DNA of 34,757 nucleotides from a virus (taxonomy: Duplodnaviria; Caudoviricetes): positions 1 to 34,757 of IMG/VR virus record IMGVR_UViG_3300029183_000020; one strand, given 5' to 3'. A model generated the notes under the pieces. The model saw only the letters and a list, made by a program, of their open reading frames with translations, made no database searches and was not told the origin of the DNA. Both the position numbers and the translations under genes were made by a program. Below are positions 1 to 7,807 of the stretch, piece after piece. The first letter of the stretch is position 1. Every line of letters starts with the position of its first letter.

Positions 1-17
1 GTTTCCCAGTCACGATC
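1..17 (+). other. Random-amplification (SISPA / Round A-B) primer tag, artefact
   Basis: GTTTCCCAGTCACGATC is the known tag of the M13-derived random-PCR primer; its reverse complement ends the contig. Confidence 0.9.
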
Positions 18-20
18 CAG

Positions 21-58
21 AAGTTATGGCGACATCGCTAGCAATTACGCCATAACTT
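21..58. repeat. 38-bp dyad with 11-bp perfect arms and central GCTAGC
   Basis: AAGTTATGGCG (21-31) / CGCCATAACTT (48-58); palindrome GCTAGC (37-42) shares the same axis. Confidence 0.8.
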
Positions 59-248
59 TTGCCCGATACTGTGACGGCCAGCCACTCTCTGCCAGAATCG
101 CCAGCACGGCATCACCAGTGGCATCAACCTCGCTGATCCCCGGCTGGTCCTCTCGAACGCACGCCACGACCTCACGCAAGAGTGCTGCATCCCATACGTG
201 GATCTCCCCTCCATACCGGGGAATCAATCGTTCGTACCAGATTTCCAC
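45..248 (-). CDS. hypothetical protein
   Basis: 67-aa ORF, last gene of the minus-strand run. Confidence 0.55.
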   Translation of the reverse strand: MEIWYERLIPRYGGEIHVWDAALLREVVACVREDQPGISEVDATGDAVLAILAESGWPSQYRAKVMA

Positions 249-257
249 GATAAACCG

Positions 258-353
258 TCACGCAAATATCCCAACGAGCAAGGCGATAACCCACATCGCC
301 GTAAACAGATAGGACCAAAATAGGGTTCCTGTTGCGTTCGTGCAACGTTTCAT
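258..353 (-). CDS. small hydrophobic single-TM peptide, 31 aa
   Basis: Manual translation MKRCTNATGTLFWSYLFTAMWVIALLVGIFA; GGGGAG upstream. Confidence 0.45.
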   Translation of the reverse strand: MKRCTNATGTLFWSYLFTAMWVIALLVGIFA

Positions 354-562
354 GAAGGTTCGTTACTCCCCTCGTGTGCCCGAACAGGATCAGCGACTTT
401 ACGCCACCCAAGATCAGCAAGGTATCGGGCAACATCTCGATCGCTCCACGTCCCGTTGAGTTCCCACATACGGGCGTAGTCGATACGTAGCTGCTCGTAA
501 TACGCCCTCAATCGGCTGATGTGCCGAACAAAACCCCATTTTGCACAGTTCGCAGGTATCTA

Positions 563-769
563 TCATTCTCTCTCCTCGTGTGCGGTAGGTGATGCAATGC
601 AATCACAAGCAATCACGCGGGGGCGACTGCACGGATAACCATTCGGACCATTGCACACACTCCACGGCCGTAAGCAGGTTTTGCAAAGTTTCCCTTCGTC
701 CCGGCATCCCGAACAATCGTCCGGCTCGCCACAACGCATCATGGCATCATCGTAGCCGTTCCAGCTCAT
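563..769 (-). CDS. Cys-rich hypothetical protein (putative Zn-binding)
   Basis: Several CxxC pairs; ATGA overlap with next ORF. Confidence 0.5.
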   Translation of the reverse strand: MSWNGYDDAMMRCGEPDDCSGCRDEGKLCKTCLRPWSVCNGPNGYPCSRPRVIACDCIASPTAHEERE

Positions 770-783
770 GCACCACCTACCAT

Positions 784-1125
784 CTAACGGGCCTCACCGT
801 CAGCTCTTTTGCCAGTGTTCGGTATCACCTGCACAGCACGGTCATCCCACAGCTCTACCATACCGAAATCTTTCTCATTCGTGACAGGCAACGCCACACC
901 AAAAACATTCACACACCAAGCGCCGATATACCCGATAACCTGCGAACGTTCAGGCTCAGCGCAACTGACCCGCGCGGTGAAGATCCGTACGTCTTTTCCC
1001 TCGTCAATCCACCCTTGGACGCGATTGCGCATGGCCGGAATTGCCGCCCCTATTTTGTCGATACCCTGCCAGCCATCATAAGCCGCCAAAGTTCCATCTA
1101 AATCAACTCCGATCCATCCGCTCAC
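784..1125 (-). CDS. HAD-superfamily phosphatase (similar to PNKP phosphatase domain)
   Basis: VDLDGTL motif I, FTAR motif II, WDDRA motif IV; start moved to GTG 1125 behind AGGAGG. Confidence 0.8.
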   Translation of the reverse strand: MSGWIGVDLDGTLAAYDGWQGIDKIGAAIPAMRNRVQGWIDEGKDVRIFTARVSCAEPERSQVIGYIGAWCVNVFGVALPVTNEKDFGMVELWDDRAVQVIPNTGKRADGEAR

Positions 1126-1133
1126 CGCTCCTC

Positions 1134-1301
1134 CTATCTCCGAGGGATCTCCAGTCTGGCGTGACGGAAACGGCGCCATTCGCCCCCACGTCTGCGCCGA
1201 CCCCGTGCAACAGCGCTCCAAAAGACGAACCCCGCCACAATACCGGCCATGAACGCCGTGACGAGAGCGAGGAACAGTTCGAGTGAGCCCATCGTAATCA
1301 T
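1134..1301 (-). CDS. small membrane protein with Arg-rich tail, 55 aa
   Basis: Manual translation MITMGSLELFLALVTAFMAGIVAGFVFWSAVARGRRRR...; ATGA-coupled to upstream gene. Confidence 0.6.
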   Translation of the reverse strand: MITMGSLELFLALVTAFMAGIVAGFVFWSAVARGRRRRGGEWRRFRHARLEIPRR

Positions 1302-1744
1302 ACTACCTCCGGTGGTCCGAGAAGTTTATCCACCACGTCCCCGATCCGGTCAGCTTCTTTCTGCCTCACACCCTCACCGTACTTGGCGTCAAATGACTGC
1401 ACGCCCATCCGATGCTCGCCATATTTGCCTGTGTGGTGCTTGCGGCATCCCGGCCAGGAGTTCCGGTACCACGGGACCCGCTTACCACCCATGCCGCGGT
1501 GTTTGATGTGTGCGCGCTCGATCGGGCCCTCGCATTCATGCGCCCAGCCCAGCCGGCCGATGAGACACGGACTCATGCCCAGCAATTCGATGGTGAGCTT
1601 GTCGTGATCGCTACGTTTCTTTGGGCGCTTGGACTTGGGGACCCGATAATGGCGCCGGCGGGCGTGCCGCATACAGGCGAACCGCCCCTCAGCCTCTCGC
1701 CACGTCCCGTTGTGGCCACCCATGTAGCATTCACCGCGTTTCAT
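1298..1744 (-). CDS. HNH-like (DUF968/Ref-like) nuclease
   Basis: C...C.GPIERAHIKHRGMGGK...PGCRKHH pattern; adjacent to RusA-like gene. Confidence 0.65.
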   Translation of the reverse strand: MKRGECYMGGHNGTWREAEGRFACMRHARRRHYRVPKSKRPKKRSDHDKLTIELLGMSPCLIGRLGWAHECEGPIERAHIKHRGMGGKRVPWYRNSWPGCRKHHTGKYGEHRMGVQSFDAKYGEGVRQKEADRIGDVVDKLLGPPEVV

Positions 1745-2100
1745 ACCTCAGTCAGCTCCACCTCAACCCGTGGATTGTCTTTGTCTTTGAGAAGCCTGGA
1801 GCCATCCCACGACACAATCAGGCCATCGTCTTTCACGATTTCGTACCACTCCAAGAGGTCGGCAAGACCCTGGTAGTATCCAACCGCATCACCTCGGTTG
1901 GCATCCCGATAGAATACAGCGCGGCAATTGACTGGTTGAAGCGTCATCCAATCCGTTTGGACCGCAGGAACGACCTGTGCCGTCTCTAGCCACCGCTTCC
2001 ACGCCTTGGATGGCATCTGGAAGCCCTGCTTGGTGCGCCACCCGTGGTTCTTTTTGGTCCGAGGTGCACCGACAACTGTAAAACGTCGCATCTCGTTCAC
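1741..2100 (-). CDS. RusA-like Holliday junction resolvase
   Basis: P.TKKN N-terminus, D.......ADLL....IVKDD.LI, NPRVEVEL C-terminus. Confidence 0.75.
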   Translation of the reverse strand: MNEMRRFTVVGAPRTKKNHGWRTKQGFQMPSKAWKRWLETAQVVPAVQTDWMTLQPVNCRAVFYRDANRGDAVGYYQGLADLLEWYEIVKDDGLIVSWDGSRLLKDKDNPRVEVELTEV

Positions 2101-2627
2101 CTTATCCTCAGGTGTGTCGAACGTTCCACTGTGATGCCTTCGGGTAAATCGCCGCCCTTTTTGTGTAAATCCACCACGGCCTTGCGGTTAAGTGAGTAGG
2201 CTGTGTTGACCAAATGTGAAGCAACGACCTCCAGCCCAGCCAGGGCATCCTGATCGAAATCACACCGCACACTCGGTTGCGAGTTCTTCTGGATCGCCAC
2301 CGTGGCCAGTTTCCCAGGGATCTTGGTCAACTTCAGCTTCTCCATGTTGCGTTTCAGGTATGCCTTGAGGCTTTTGGCTGATGCCAGAAGTGCATCCTGT
2401 TTGCCTTCCAGTCTGCTAATTTCCTCTTCGTACACCTTGGCAGACGCCAACAGGTTACGGACGTACAGCGCCACCCGCTCCGCCTTTTCCTCGAAAGCCC
2501 CTTCGATCTCCGACAGTTCGGCCTCAAGCTCCGGGGTCAGCTCCCCACCGTTCTCGATGATCTGTTCAGCTATCCGGTCGTACTCGGCGCTGATCTCGTA
2601 GAGCTTTAAGACTGGTTCACTCATCAT
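2097..2627 (-). CDS. Siphovirus Gp157-family protein
   Basis: LYEI N-terminus, coiled coil, LKAYLK.NM, C-terminal PEG...E...HLRIR. Confidence 0.85.
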   Translation of the reverse strand: MMSEPVLKLYEISAEYDRIAEQIIENGGELTPELEAELSEIEGAFEEKAERVALYVRNLLASAKVYEEEISRLEGKQDALLASAKSLKAYLKRNMEKLKLTKIPGKLATVAIQKNSQPSVRCDFDQDALAGLEVVASHLVNTAYSLNRKAVVDLHKKGGDLPEGITVERSTHLRIR

Positions 2628-3028
2628 GTCATTCCTATCTCGCTGCGGGCGTACCCAATAATGGCCGTTTCTCGGACGATCCGATCCTCGATGCCCTTCA
2701 GCTCATAGTCGTAGTCGATCATCTTGGCGTGCTCTTTCAGCATTTGCGTAAGCCACGCGACATAATCCGGATGGGCATGGGCCAGGTATTCGATGCGCTT
2801 CTCGGTGATCTTCTGCCCTTTGGCCGCATATTCGGCCCGGACGATTTCAGCAAACGCGCCGACCTTTTGTTTCCGTATCGGATCGAACTTGCCAAACGGC
2901 CCGTGCATGGCGCGGAGATCAGCCAACTTGCCAACGATGGTTTCCCGTGCGGCGTGCAGTTGGTCAAGGTGTGAAATGCCGATCTTATCCTCCCAATCGT
3001 GCATCGTTGGCACTGGACTCGCGGTCAT
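2624..3028 (-). CDS. hypothetical helical protein in recombination module
   Basis: 134-aa ORF, overlap-coupled, between ERF and Gp157. Confidence 0.7.
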   Translation of the reverse strand: MTASPVPTMHDWEDKIGISHLDQLHAARETIVGKLADLRAMHGPFGKFDPIRKQKVGAFAEIVRAEYAAKGQKITEKRIEYLAHAHPDYVAWLTQMLKEHAKMIDYDYELKGIEDRIVRETAIIGYARSEIGMT

Positions 3029-3082
3029 GCTGCCACCTCGCTGGGGTTCCTATCCGCTATCGGTTGTTCAAGCGCAATCCAG

Positions 3083-3682
3083 TTAGGCGACAGCATCACC
3101 AGCCTCTTCTCTGCTGGCTAACTCCCTGTCAAACAACGTGATATAGCTCGCGAACTTCTTCTCACCCTTCTCCCGACACCAGTTCAACGCGCCGCAGATG
3201 TTATCCGTAGGCACCTCTTTGATTGGCGTGCCCTTGTAGTCCCCCATGGGCATCAGATCACCTTTGGGCTTGGCCTGACTCGGGCTCGATGCTGCATTCC
3301 CGTCGTCGTCCTCATCCGGCACTACGCTCGTCACCGCCGCCAATCCGTACCGCCTCAGATACGTGATCACCGAGCCCACACCCTGCGGATCCGCTTGACT
3401 GACCGGTGCCTGACCCACCAGACTGATCCACTGCCCCGAGGAGTGCAGCAGAATGGTCTCCAGGCTTGCGACGTTGCCCTCAGACTTGAAAACCCCTGGC
3501 ATCTGGACCACCGACAGCCCGTTGTCCGTTAACGGCTTCCTGACGGCATCCCAGATGGCGTCGAGAGTCGCGTACTTGAAGTGAAAATGGGTGTTCTCGG
3601 CATCCGTTTTGACCGTGCTGACCGTGGCTTGCACCTTCACTAAGGCCGCGGCCAGTTTGTCGAGCTGGTCACTGTGGTTCAT
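3083..3682 (-). CDS. erf: ERF-family single-strand annealing protein
   Basis: LAAALVK, N.HF..KYATLD, H.SGQW, PQGVGSVITYLRRYGL, DDDGN motifs; start at ATG 3682 (ATGA overlap). Confidence 0.9.
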   Translation of the reverse strand: MNHSDQLDKLAAALVKVQATVSTVKTDAENTHFHFKYATLDAIWDAVRKPLTDNGLSVVQMPGVFKSEGNVASLETILLHSSGQWISLVGQAPVSQADPQGVGSVITYLRRYGLAAVTSVVPDEDDDGNAASSPSQAKPKGDLMPMGDYKGTPIKEVPTDNICGALNWCREKGEKKFASYITLFDRELASREEAGDAVA

Positions 3683-3993
3683 CCGTGCCTGACTTGAAAC
3701 GGCGCAAGCGCGTGAAGATATGGCTTCATCTTTTGGTGCTTGATCGAGATGTGCAGGGCCATGTTTTCGATTGACAGTTCGCACTCCCTCGCAGCAAGCT
3801 CGGTAGCCGCCTGGACGTGTCCTATCTCCATCTCCAAAGCCTTGGTATTCGGAACGCCAGTGTCTGGATGCTCCGAATAGAGTCCGTGACGCTGGATCTT
3901 TTGAACTGCCTGGATAACTTCAGCGCATTCCTCTGCCAATATCGCCAACGCTTCCTGCTGCGCATCGTTTAAGTTATGAACGCTCTGGCTCAT
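3679..3993 (-). CDS. MazG-like nucleotide pyrophosphohydrolase
   Basis: LAEECAEVIQAVQKI.RHG...LEMEIGHV; the usual ExxD second motif reads ExxH. Confidence 0.7.
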   Translation of the reverse strand: MSQSVHNLNDAQQEALAILAEECAEVIQAVQKIQRHGLYSEHPDTGVPNTKALEMEIGHVQAATELAARECELSIENMALHISIKHQKMKPYLHALAPFQVRHG

Positions 3994-4217
3994 CCTTCCT
4001 CCGGTTCGCATCGCGTACAGGTCGCCAACAGAATCCCGTCCTTCCACACCGGCCGGCTATCCCAGCCGTTGCCGCATTCCTGGCAAGGCTGGGGCCTGTT
4101 CCAGTCTCTCCGAGGGTCCCAGTGGGCTAATTCTCCATTTACTGCCTCGACGGGGATCGAACCCGCATTCTCCGGCGTGACAGGCCGGTTGCCTTCCCAA
4201 GTCGCACACGAGGCCAC
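3990..4217 (-). CDS. small Zn-ribbon protein whose ORF overlaps the tRNA
   Basis: CQEC...CTRC; ATGA-coupled to MazG-like gene; only in-frame start is GTG 4217. Confidence 0.4.
   Translation of the reverse strand: MASCATWEGNRPVTPENAGSIPVEAVNGELAHWDPRRDWNRPQPCQECGNGWDSRPVWKDGILLATCTRCEPEEG
4142..4215 (-). tRNA. tRNA-Asp (GTC), non-canonical
   Basis: Anticodon arm CCGGC-CTGTCAC-GCCGG, T arm GCGGG-TTCGATC-CCCGT, acceptor GCCTCG/CGAGGC, discriminator G73; G1-A72 mismatch, no encoded CCA. Confidence 0.85.
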
Positions 4218-4220
4218 TTG

Positions 4221-4544
4221 CTACCACCAATCCGATGGCAAAAGCTCTTCAATCTCTTTGCCGTCGCGATACACGGCGGTGTATCCAAGATCCTCCTGTC
4301 CAGCCACGTCGCGGAGTTTGATCTGGTCCGCCGTCACCGACGTTTTGTATATCTCGTCGCTTGAGCCGCCAATCGACACCGATAACGTGGCGGGCTTACC
4401 GTCCAGTGCCACCACGTCACCACAGAACGTAAAGGTGAATTTGTAGTAGGAGGTAAACACGACTGGGACGTCACCATATCGCTCCAGCACGGCGTCTTGG
4501 CGTTTTTTAATTTCCTTGTAGCTCATCACGTCGTAGCTCATCAC
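4221..4544 (-). CDS. hypothetical phage protein
   Basis: VVFTSYYKFTFTF-containing ORF; GTGA overlap with upstream gene. Confidence 0.7.
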   Translation of the reverse strand: MMSYDVMSYKEIKKRQDAVLERYGDVPVVFTSYYKFTFTFCGDVVALDGKPATLSVSIGGSSDEIYKTSVTADQIKLRDVAGQEDLGYTAVYRDGKEIEELLPSDWW

Positions 4545-4547
4545 GTC
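4518..4547. repeat. 15-bp tandem duplication
   Basis: GTAGCTCATCACGTC x2, duplicating the gene start (DVMSY DVMSY). Confidence 0.9.
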
Positions 4548-4819
4548 ACCTTCCCCCGTATCGTGAGACCCGCAAACCCGATTGCACCACCGTTGGCCAT
4601 CAGTTGGAGGGACCGCTCGTAACACCGCTGATCACCGCCACACCGATGCCGTAACTCTTCCTCTACCAGCCTTTTGGAGACTGGTGTCCAGGTATCGTAT
4701 TGCTGCTGCGACGAATACTGGACCTCGTAGACCACACGACCGGCGCCGCCTGAAGCGTCCTTGGCTATCCCCGCCGCACCGTCTCGTCGTGTCTGGGGGA
4801 CCGGTCGTTGATTGGTCAT
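4541..4819 (-). CDS. hypothetical protein
   Basis: ATG 4819 behind GGAGGGAAGG; the longer track ORF would start inside the promoter. Confidence 0.55.
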   Translation of the reverse strand: MTNQRPVPQTRRDGAAGIAKDASGGAGRVVYEVQYSSQQQYDTWTPVSKRLVEEELRHRCGGDQRCYERSLQLMANGGAIGFAGLTIRGKVT

Positions 4820-4920
4820 CCTTCCCTCCGCGTCAGGGGCGATCGCAACATCCACAGCAATTGCTGGATCCGGTCGTTCTCCCGTGCCTTCCATTCGTCC
4901 CATGATTGTGCTGTGTTCAT
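4816..4920 (-). CDS. 34-aa probably leaderless peptide
   Basis: MNTAQSWDEWKARENDRIQQLLWMLRSPLTRREG; ATG 5 nt after the -10; ATGA-coupled downstream. Confidence 0.55.
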   Translation of the reverse strand: MNTAQSWDEWKARENDRIQQLLWMLRSPLTRREG

Positions 4921-4925
4921 ACTGA

Positions 4926-4954
4926 TATCTACTACGGCAAGTGCCGTATGTCAA
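4926..4954 (-). promoter_or_regulatory. sigma70-type promoter with palindromic operator in spacer
   Basis: TTGACA-17-TAGATA; spacer holds TACGGCA-nn-TGCCGTA (4933-4948). Confidence 0.75.
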
Positions 4955-5208
4955 GAGCCCTGGGCTTTGGCGATGGCCGCGTGGAGCCGCAACACCAACA
5001 GTTTTGTTTTGACACGGTTCAGCAACCGCCAGCGGGTCCAGCAGACCTCGTGGCAGAAAAGCCGCTCGTCCCGTTCGAGTAAGTCCCAGTCCAGTGCGGC
5101 ACCGCAGTAAGCGCAGATCAGGTCCAGACTAGAAGGGCACACGATCTTTGTCCTCAATTTTCCCGTTGGCAATGCGAACTCGTACAATCTGATCGGCCGC
5201 TCGGCCAC
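4951..5208 (-). CDS. small Cys-containing hypothetical protein (start uncertain)
   Basis: CAYC...FCHEVC; fills the gap after the helicase but the start overlaps it. Confidence 0.4.
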   Translation of the reverse strand: MAERPIRLYEFALPTGKLRTKIVCPSSLDLICAYCGAALDWDLLERDERLFCHEVCWTRWRLLNRVKTKLLVLRLHAAIAKAQGS

Positions 5209-6028
5209 GATACCGATGTTTCAGCACCTTGATGGCCATGGTGTCGCGCACCTTGAATCGCTCCAGGTCCATCTGGCCGTCGCGAATCTGCTTGAAATGG
5301 TCGTTGGTCATGTCCGCGGAGAGTGGGCGAAACAACCCAAGTGCCACGTCTGCGTCCTCTTCGATCTCTCCAGCCTTCTTGAAATCCTCAAGGTGAGGCG
5401 GCCGGTATTTGTCGAAGACACCATCGCCGCGACGCTTTAGTTGGCTCATCACCATCACAATTTTCACATTATCGTTGGCGATCGACTGGAACATGTGAGC
5501 GGCTTCGCCCACTGCCGTGAACTCGTTCTGCCGGCCCTCAGGCTTGACCCGCTGGATATGGTCGAACACGACGATATCCGCCCACCGTGCATCGACGTGC
5601 CTCGCGATGTCCGTGACCGTCGGTCGCGCCATATCGACGAACTCAATCAACCCTTTGTCGTACCACGCTTTGATCCAATCAAGCTCGTCGTGCACGCGCT
5701 TTTCGGCCCCGTGGGGTAGGTTCTCCCAATCCCGCATCAACACCGAGTCCTCGTCGTACCCAGCCCGAACAGCCGCCCAGGCCCACATCGCGATATCGGG
5801 TTTCCGCTCGGTCAGAAACACCTGCATCGTCTTTGGCATCACCTTGTAGTCTGCGGGCTCGAGCTTCGATAATGTCTCCATGTGTCGGTTGATGAAGCTC
5901 AACACAAACGCCGTCTTGCCGTTTGAGGGCCTGGCGCCCACGAGATACAACCGCTGAAAGATCATTGGCCCGAGAATCGCGTCGAGGTCGTTCAAACCCC
6001 AGGACACACACGGAAGCGTTTGATTCAT
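5129..6028 (-). CDS. DnaB-like (SF4) helicase, C-terminal domain only
   Basis: Walker A GARPSNGKT, VVFDHIQ, MSQLKR, IEEDAD, KHRYRG. Confidence 0.9.
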   Translation of the reverse strand: MNQTLPCVSWGLNDLDAILGPMIFQRLYLVGARPSNGKTAFVLSFINRHMETLSKLEPADYKVMPKTMQVFLTERKPDIAMWAWAAVRAGYDEDSVLMRDWENLPHGAEKRVHDELDWIKAWYDKGLIEFVDMARPTVTDIARHVDARWADIVVFDHIQRVKPEGRQNEFTAVGEAAHMFQSIANDNVKIVMVMSQLKRRGDGVFDKYRPPHLEDFKKAGEIEEDADVALGLFRPLSADMTNDHFKQIRDGQMDLERFKVRDTMAIKVLKHRYRGRAADQIVRVRIANGKIEDKDRVPF

Positions 6029-6333
6029 CCGCCGACCGCCCATGGGTGGCGTTCGCTCGCCGGGCCCGGACCCCACTCACCATGTGTTTCGGCAAACCTG
6101 AACGGATTGACAAATTTGGCCTCAGATTGCGCCAGAAACGCTTTCCAGCGAGGCACTAGATACCCAGGCCCGTATTCTCCGTCAGCGGCTCTCAGAGCCT
6201 TTGCGAGCTTCCCCGCATTCGGTGGTGCGCCGAAACGGTCCCGCCACGCGTCAAAGTATGGAGTCAACCAGGTTGTTTTGGTTTTCTTGACTGGCTCCTG
6301 GCCGCTTCCTCCACAGTGGCTACAGGTGGTCAT
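6025..6333 (-). CDS. small replication-associated protein (possible initiator C-terminal or loader-like)
   Basis: CSHCGGSG then helical domain; ATGA-coupled to helicase; function inferred from position only. Confidence 0.55.
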   Translation of the reverse strand: MTTCSHCGGSGQEPVKKTKTTWLTPYFDAWRDRFGAPPNAGKLAKALRAADGEYGPGYLVPRWKAFLAQSEAKFVNPFRFAETHGEWGPGPASERHPWAVGG

Positions 6334-6737
6334 GCTGGATATTCACCAACGAACACCCATTCGTGCCCGTGTTCTTTGGCGAGCGCTACCAACCGTTTCT
6401 CTCGCTCGTTTCGTGACAGATCGCCACGGTCGTTGATGTAAATCGCGTCAGCGGCGAAGGCCGTGTTGTTTTCTTCGTTTGCGTGAATCAGCCCCGCTTC
6501 GATAAACGCCTGTACACTGTCCTCGTCAGGCTCATTGTATTCCAAAACGATACTTATGGGTTCGCCTTTGCGCAGAAGGTAGTGGTCGTCCACGCCAGCG
6601 GCCGCGCCATGAAACCCGAGACAGCAACGAAACCCCTCATCGTTAAGGAGCGCCGTGTTGCCCCTACCTGATCCGTACTTTGGTGGTGGGTTGTGTCCGC
6701 CAGTACGCCACGTCGCTCGATCAATCTCCACTTTCAT
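6330..6737 (-). CDS. hypothetical protein
   Basis: 135-aa ORF with strong AGGAGG SD. Confidence 0.75.
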   Translation of the reverse strand: MKVEIDRATWRTGGHNPPPKYGSGRGNTALLNDEGFRCCLGFHGAAAGVDDHYLLRKGEPISIVLEYNEPDEDSVQAFIEAGLIHANEENNTAFAADAIYINDRGDLSRNEREKRLVALAKEHGHEWVFVGEYPA

Positions 6738-6797
6738 CGTTTCTTCCTCCTGGGTATGACTCCCCCGTTAACCTCAAAACTCCGCTATTCCTATTAC

Positions 6798-7132
6798 GCG
6801 ACCGTAGGGGTGGGGCTGGGAGTAACCCAGGCCTGGCCCTCTTTTAACTTTCGGTAACAAACGTTCTCAACAATCACACAGAACCGTTATCGGTCCCAGC
6901 CAGTCGGTCTCGTCTCCGACTAACGCCCTCTGGAGCGGCCGCGTCTCTCCAGAATCCTCATTTGCATCACCCGGGGAGGACCTACGAAAAAACCGGGGTT
7001 GAGTGCTCCAACGTCCATCTGTGGGCCGTGAGCGGCCATCCTGCAGTATTCACTCTGCCTTTTTATGGGCTGCGTTGCCCCACGGCACCAAAAGGCATCC
7101 AAAACCGTGCTGCATACAAAAAGATCGGTCAC
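6798..7132 (-). ncRNA. candidate large multi-stem structured RNA or origin region
   Basis: Many nested inverted repeats (TGCCTTTT/AAAAGGCA, GGCCG/CGGCC, TCTGGAG/CTCCAGA, AGTCGG/CCGACT, GGCTGGGA/TCCCAGCC, GTGACCG/CGGTCGC). Confidence 0.5.
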
Positions 7133-7335
7133 CGTTTGTCGGCGCCGATCGGATAGGCTACGCTGAGTCGTGTCCTGGTAATGTCTACAAAATGTCCCGT
7201 TTGCTTGATGTGCGCGCCAATCTCGTTGCCACTGCGTTTGTATGGGACCGACTCGTTGAGCTCCCAGTCACATTGCTGACACCGTGCCGCGGCTTTGCGA
7301 ACAAGCACCCGACTTCTCACGCCTGATGTCTGCAT
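7129..7335 (-). CDS. small Zn-binding protein
   Basis: CQQC...H....GH; AGGAGG SD. Confidence 0.65.
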   Translation of the reverse strand: MQTSGVRSRVLVRKAAARCQQCDWELNESVPYKRSGNEIGAHIKQTGHFVDITRTRLSVAYPIGADKR

Positions 7336-7351
7336 CGTTGTTCCTCCTGAG

Positions 7352-7505
7352 CACGAAAAAGGCCCCGTTGTGATTCCGCTCTCTCTAGCATCCCGCCTCG
7401 CGACCTACGGCGAGACACGGGACAAAGCGGCAACAAGGGCCTTTGGTTTTTTCGTGTTTTCATCATCCACCGCCTAGAGATCGGTGAACTACGAATCTTA
7501 TTCGA
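7352..7505 (-). ncRNA. structured 5' leader (attenuator or antisense-immunity-like RNA)
   Basis: Long bulged hairpin 7352-7456 ending in a U-tract, preceded by a hairpin whose loop UCUCUAG is complementary to the bulge CUAGAGA. Confidence 0.6.
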
Positions 7506-7510
7506 GTGTT

Positions 7511-7539
7511 AATCTACGCGCAAGGTTGTAGCTATGCAA
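7511..7539 (-). promoter_or_regulatory. sigma70-type promoter
   Basis: TTGCAT-17-TAGATT in the intergenic region upstream of the structured leader. Confidence 0.65.
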
Positions 7540-7576
7540 CAGTCGTAGTGGTCCAGGGCACTAACTCCCGCCTACA

Positions 7577-7807
7577 CTATCGTCTCGTTACCTCAATCTC
7601 ATAGCGGTTCTCGGATATCTGGGCCTGCATCGCGCTGTCCCGTTTGTGCATCACCCACAACGAGTCGATCAACGTGTCCTGTCTCGCCTCGAGGCGCACG
7701 AGGTTGGCCTCTGCGTCGCTTACACGGAACATCAGGGCCAGGACAACAGCGAACATCACAAGGAAAGCAGCAAGCCCCCACAGCCACCCAGTGACGTCGT
7801 CTCTCAC
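7577..7807 (-). CDS. membrane-anchored coiled-coil protein
   Basis: N-terminal TM WLWGLAAFLVMFAVVLALMF; GTGA overlap start. Confidence 0.65.
   Translation of the reverse strand: MRDDVTGWLWGLAAFLVMFAVVLALMFRVSDAEANLVRLEARQDTLIDSLWVMHKRDSAMQAQISENRYEIEVTRR

Noticed and set aside
6920-7132. 70-aa ORF with GTGA overlap
   Set aside because: No recognisable protein features and coincides with dense stems; treated as a probable shadow, though a leader peptide is possible
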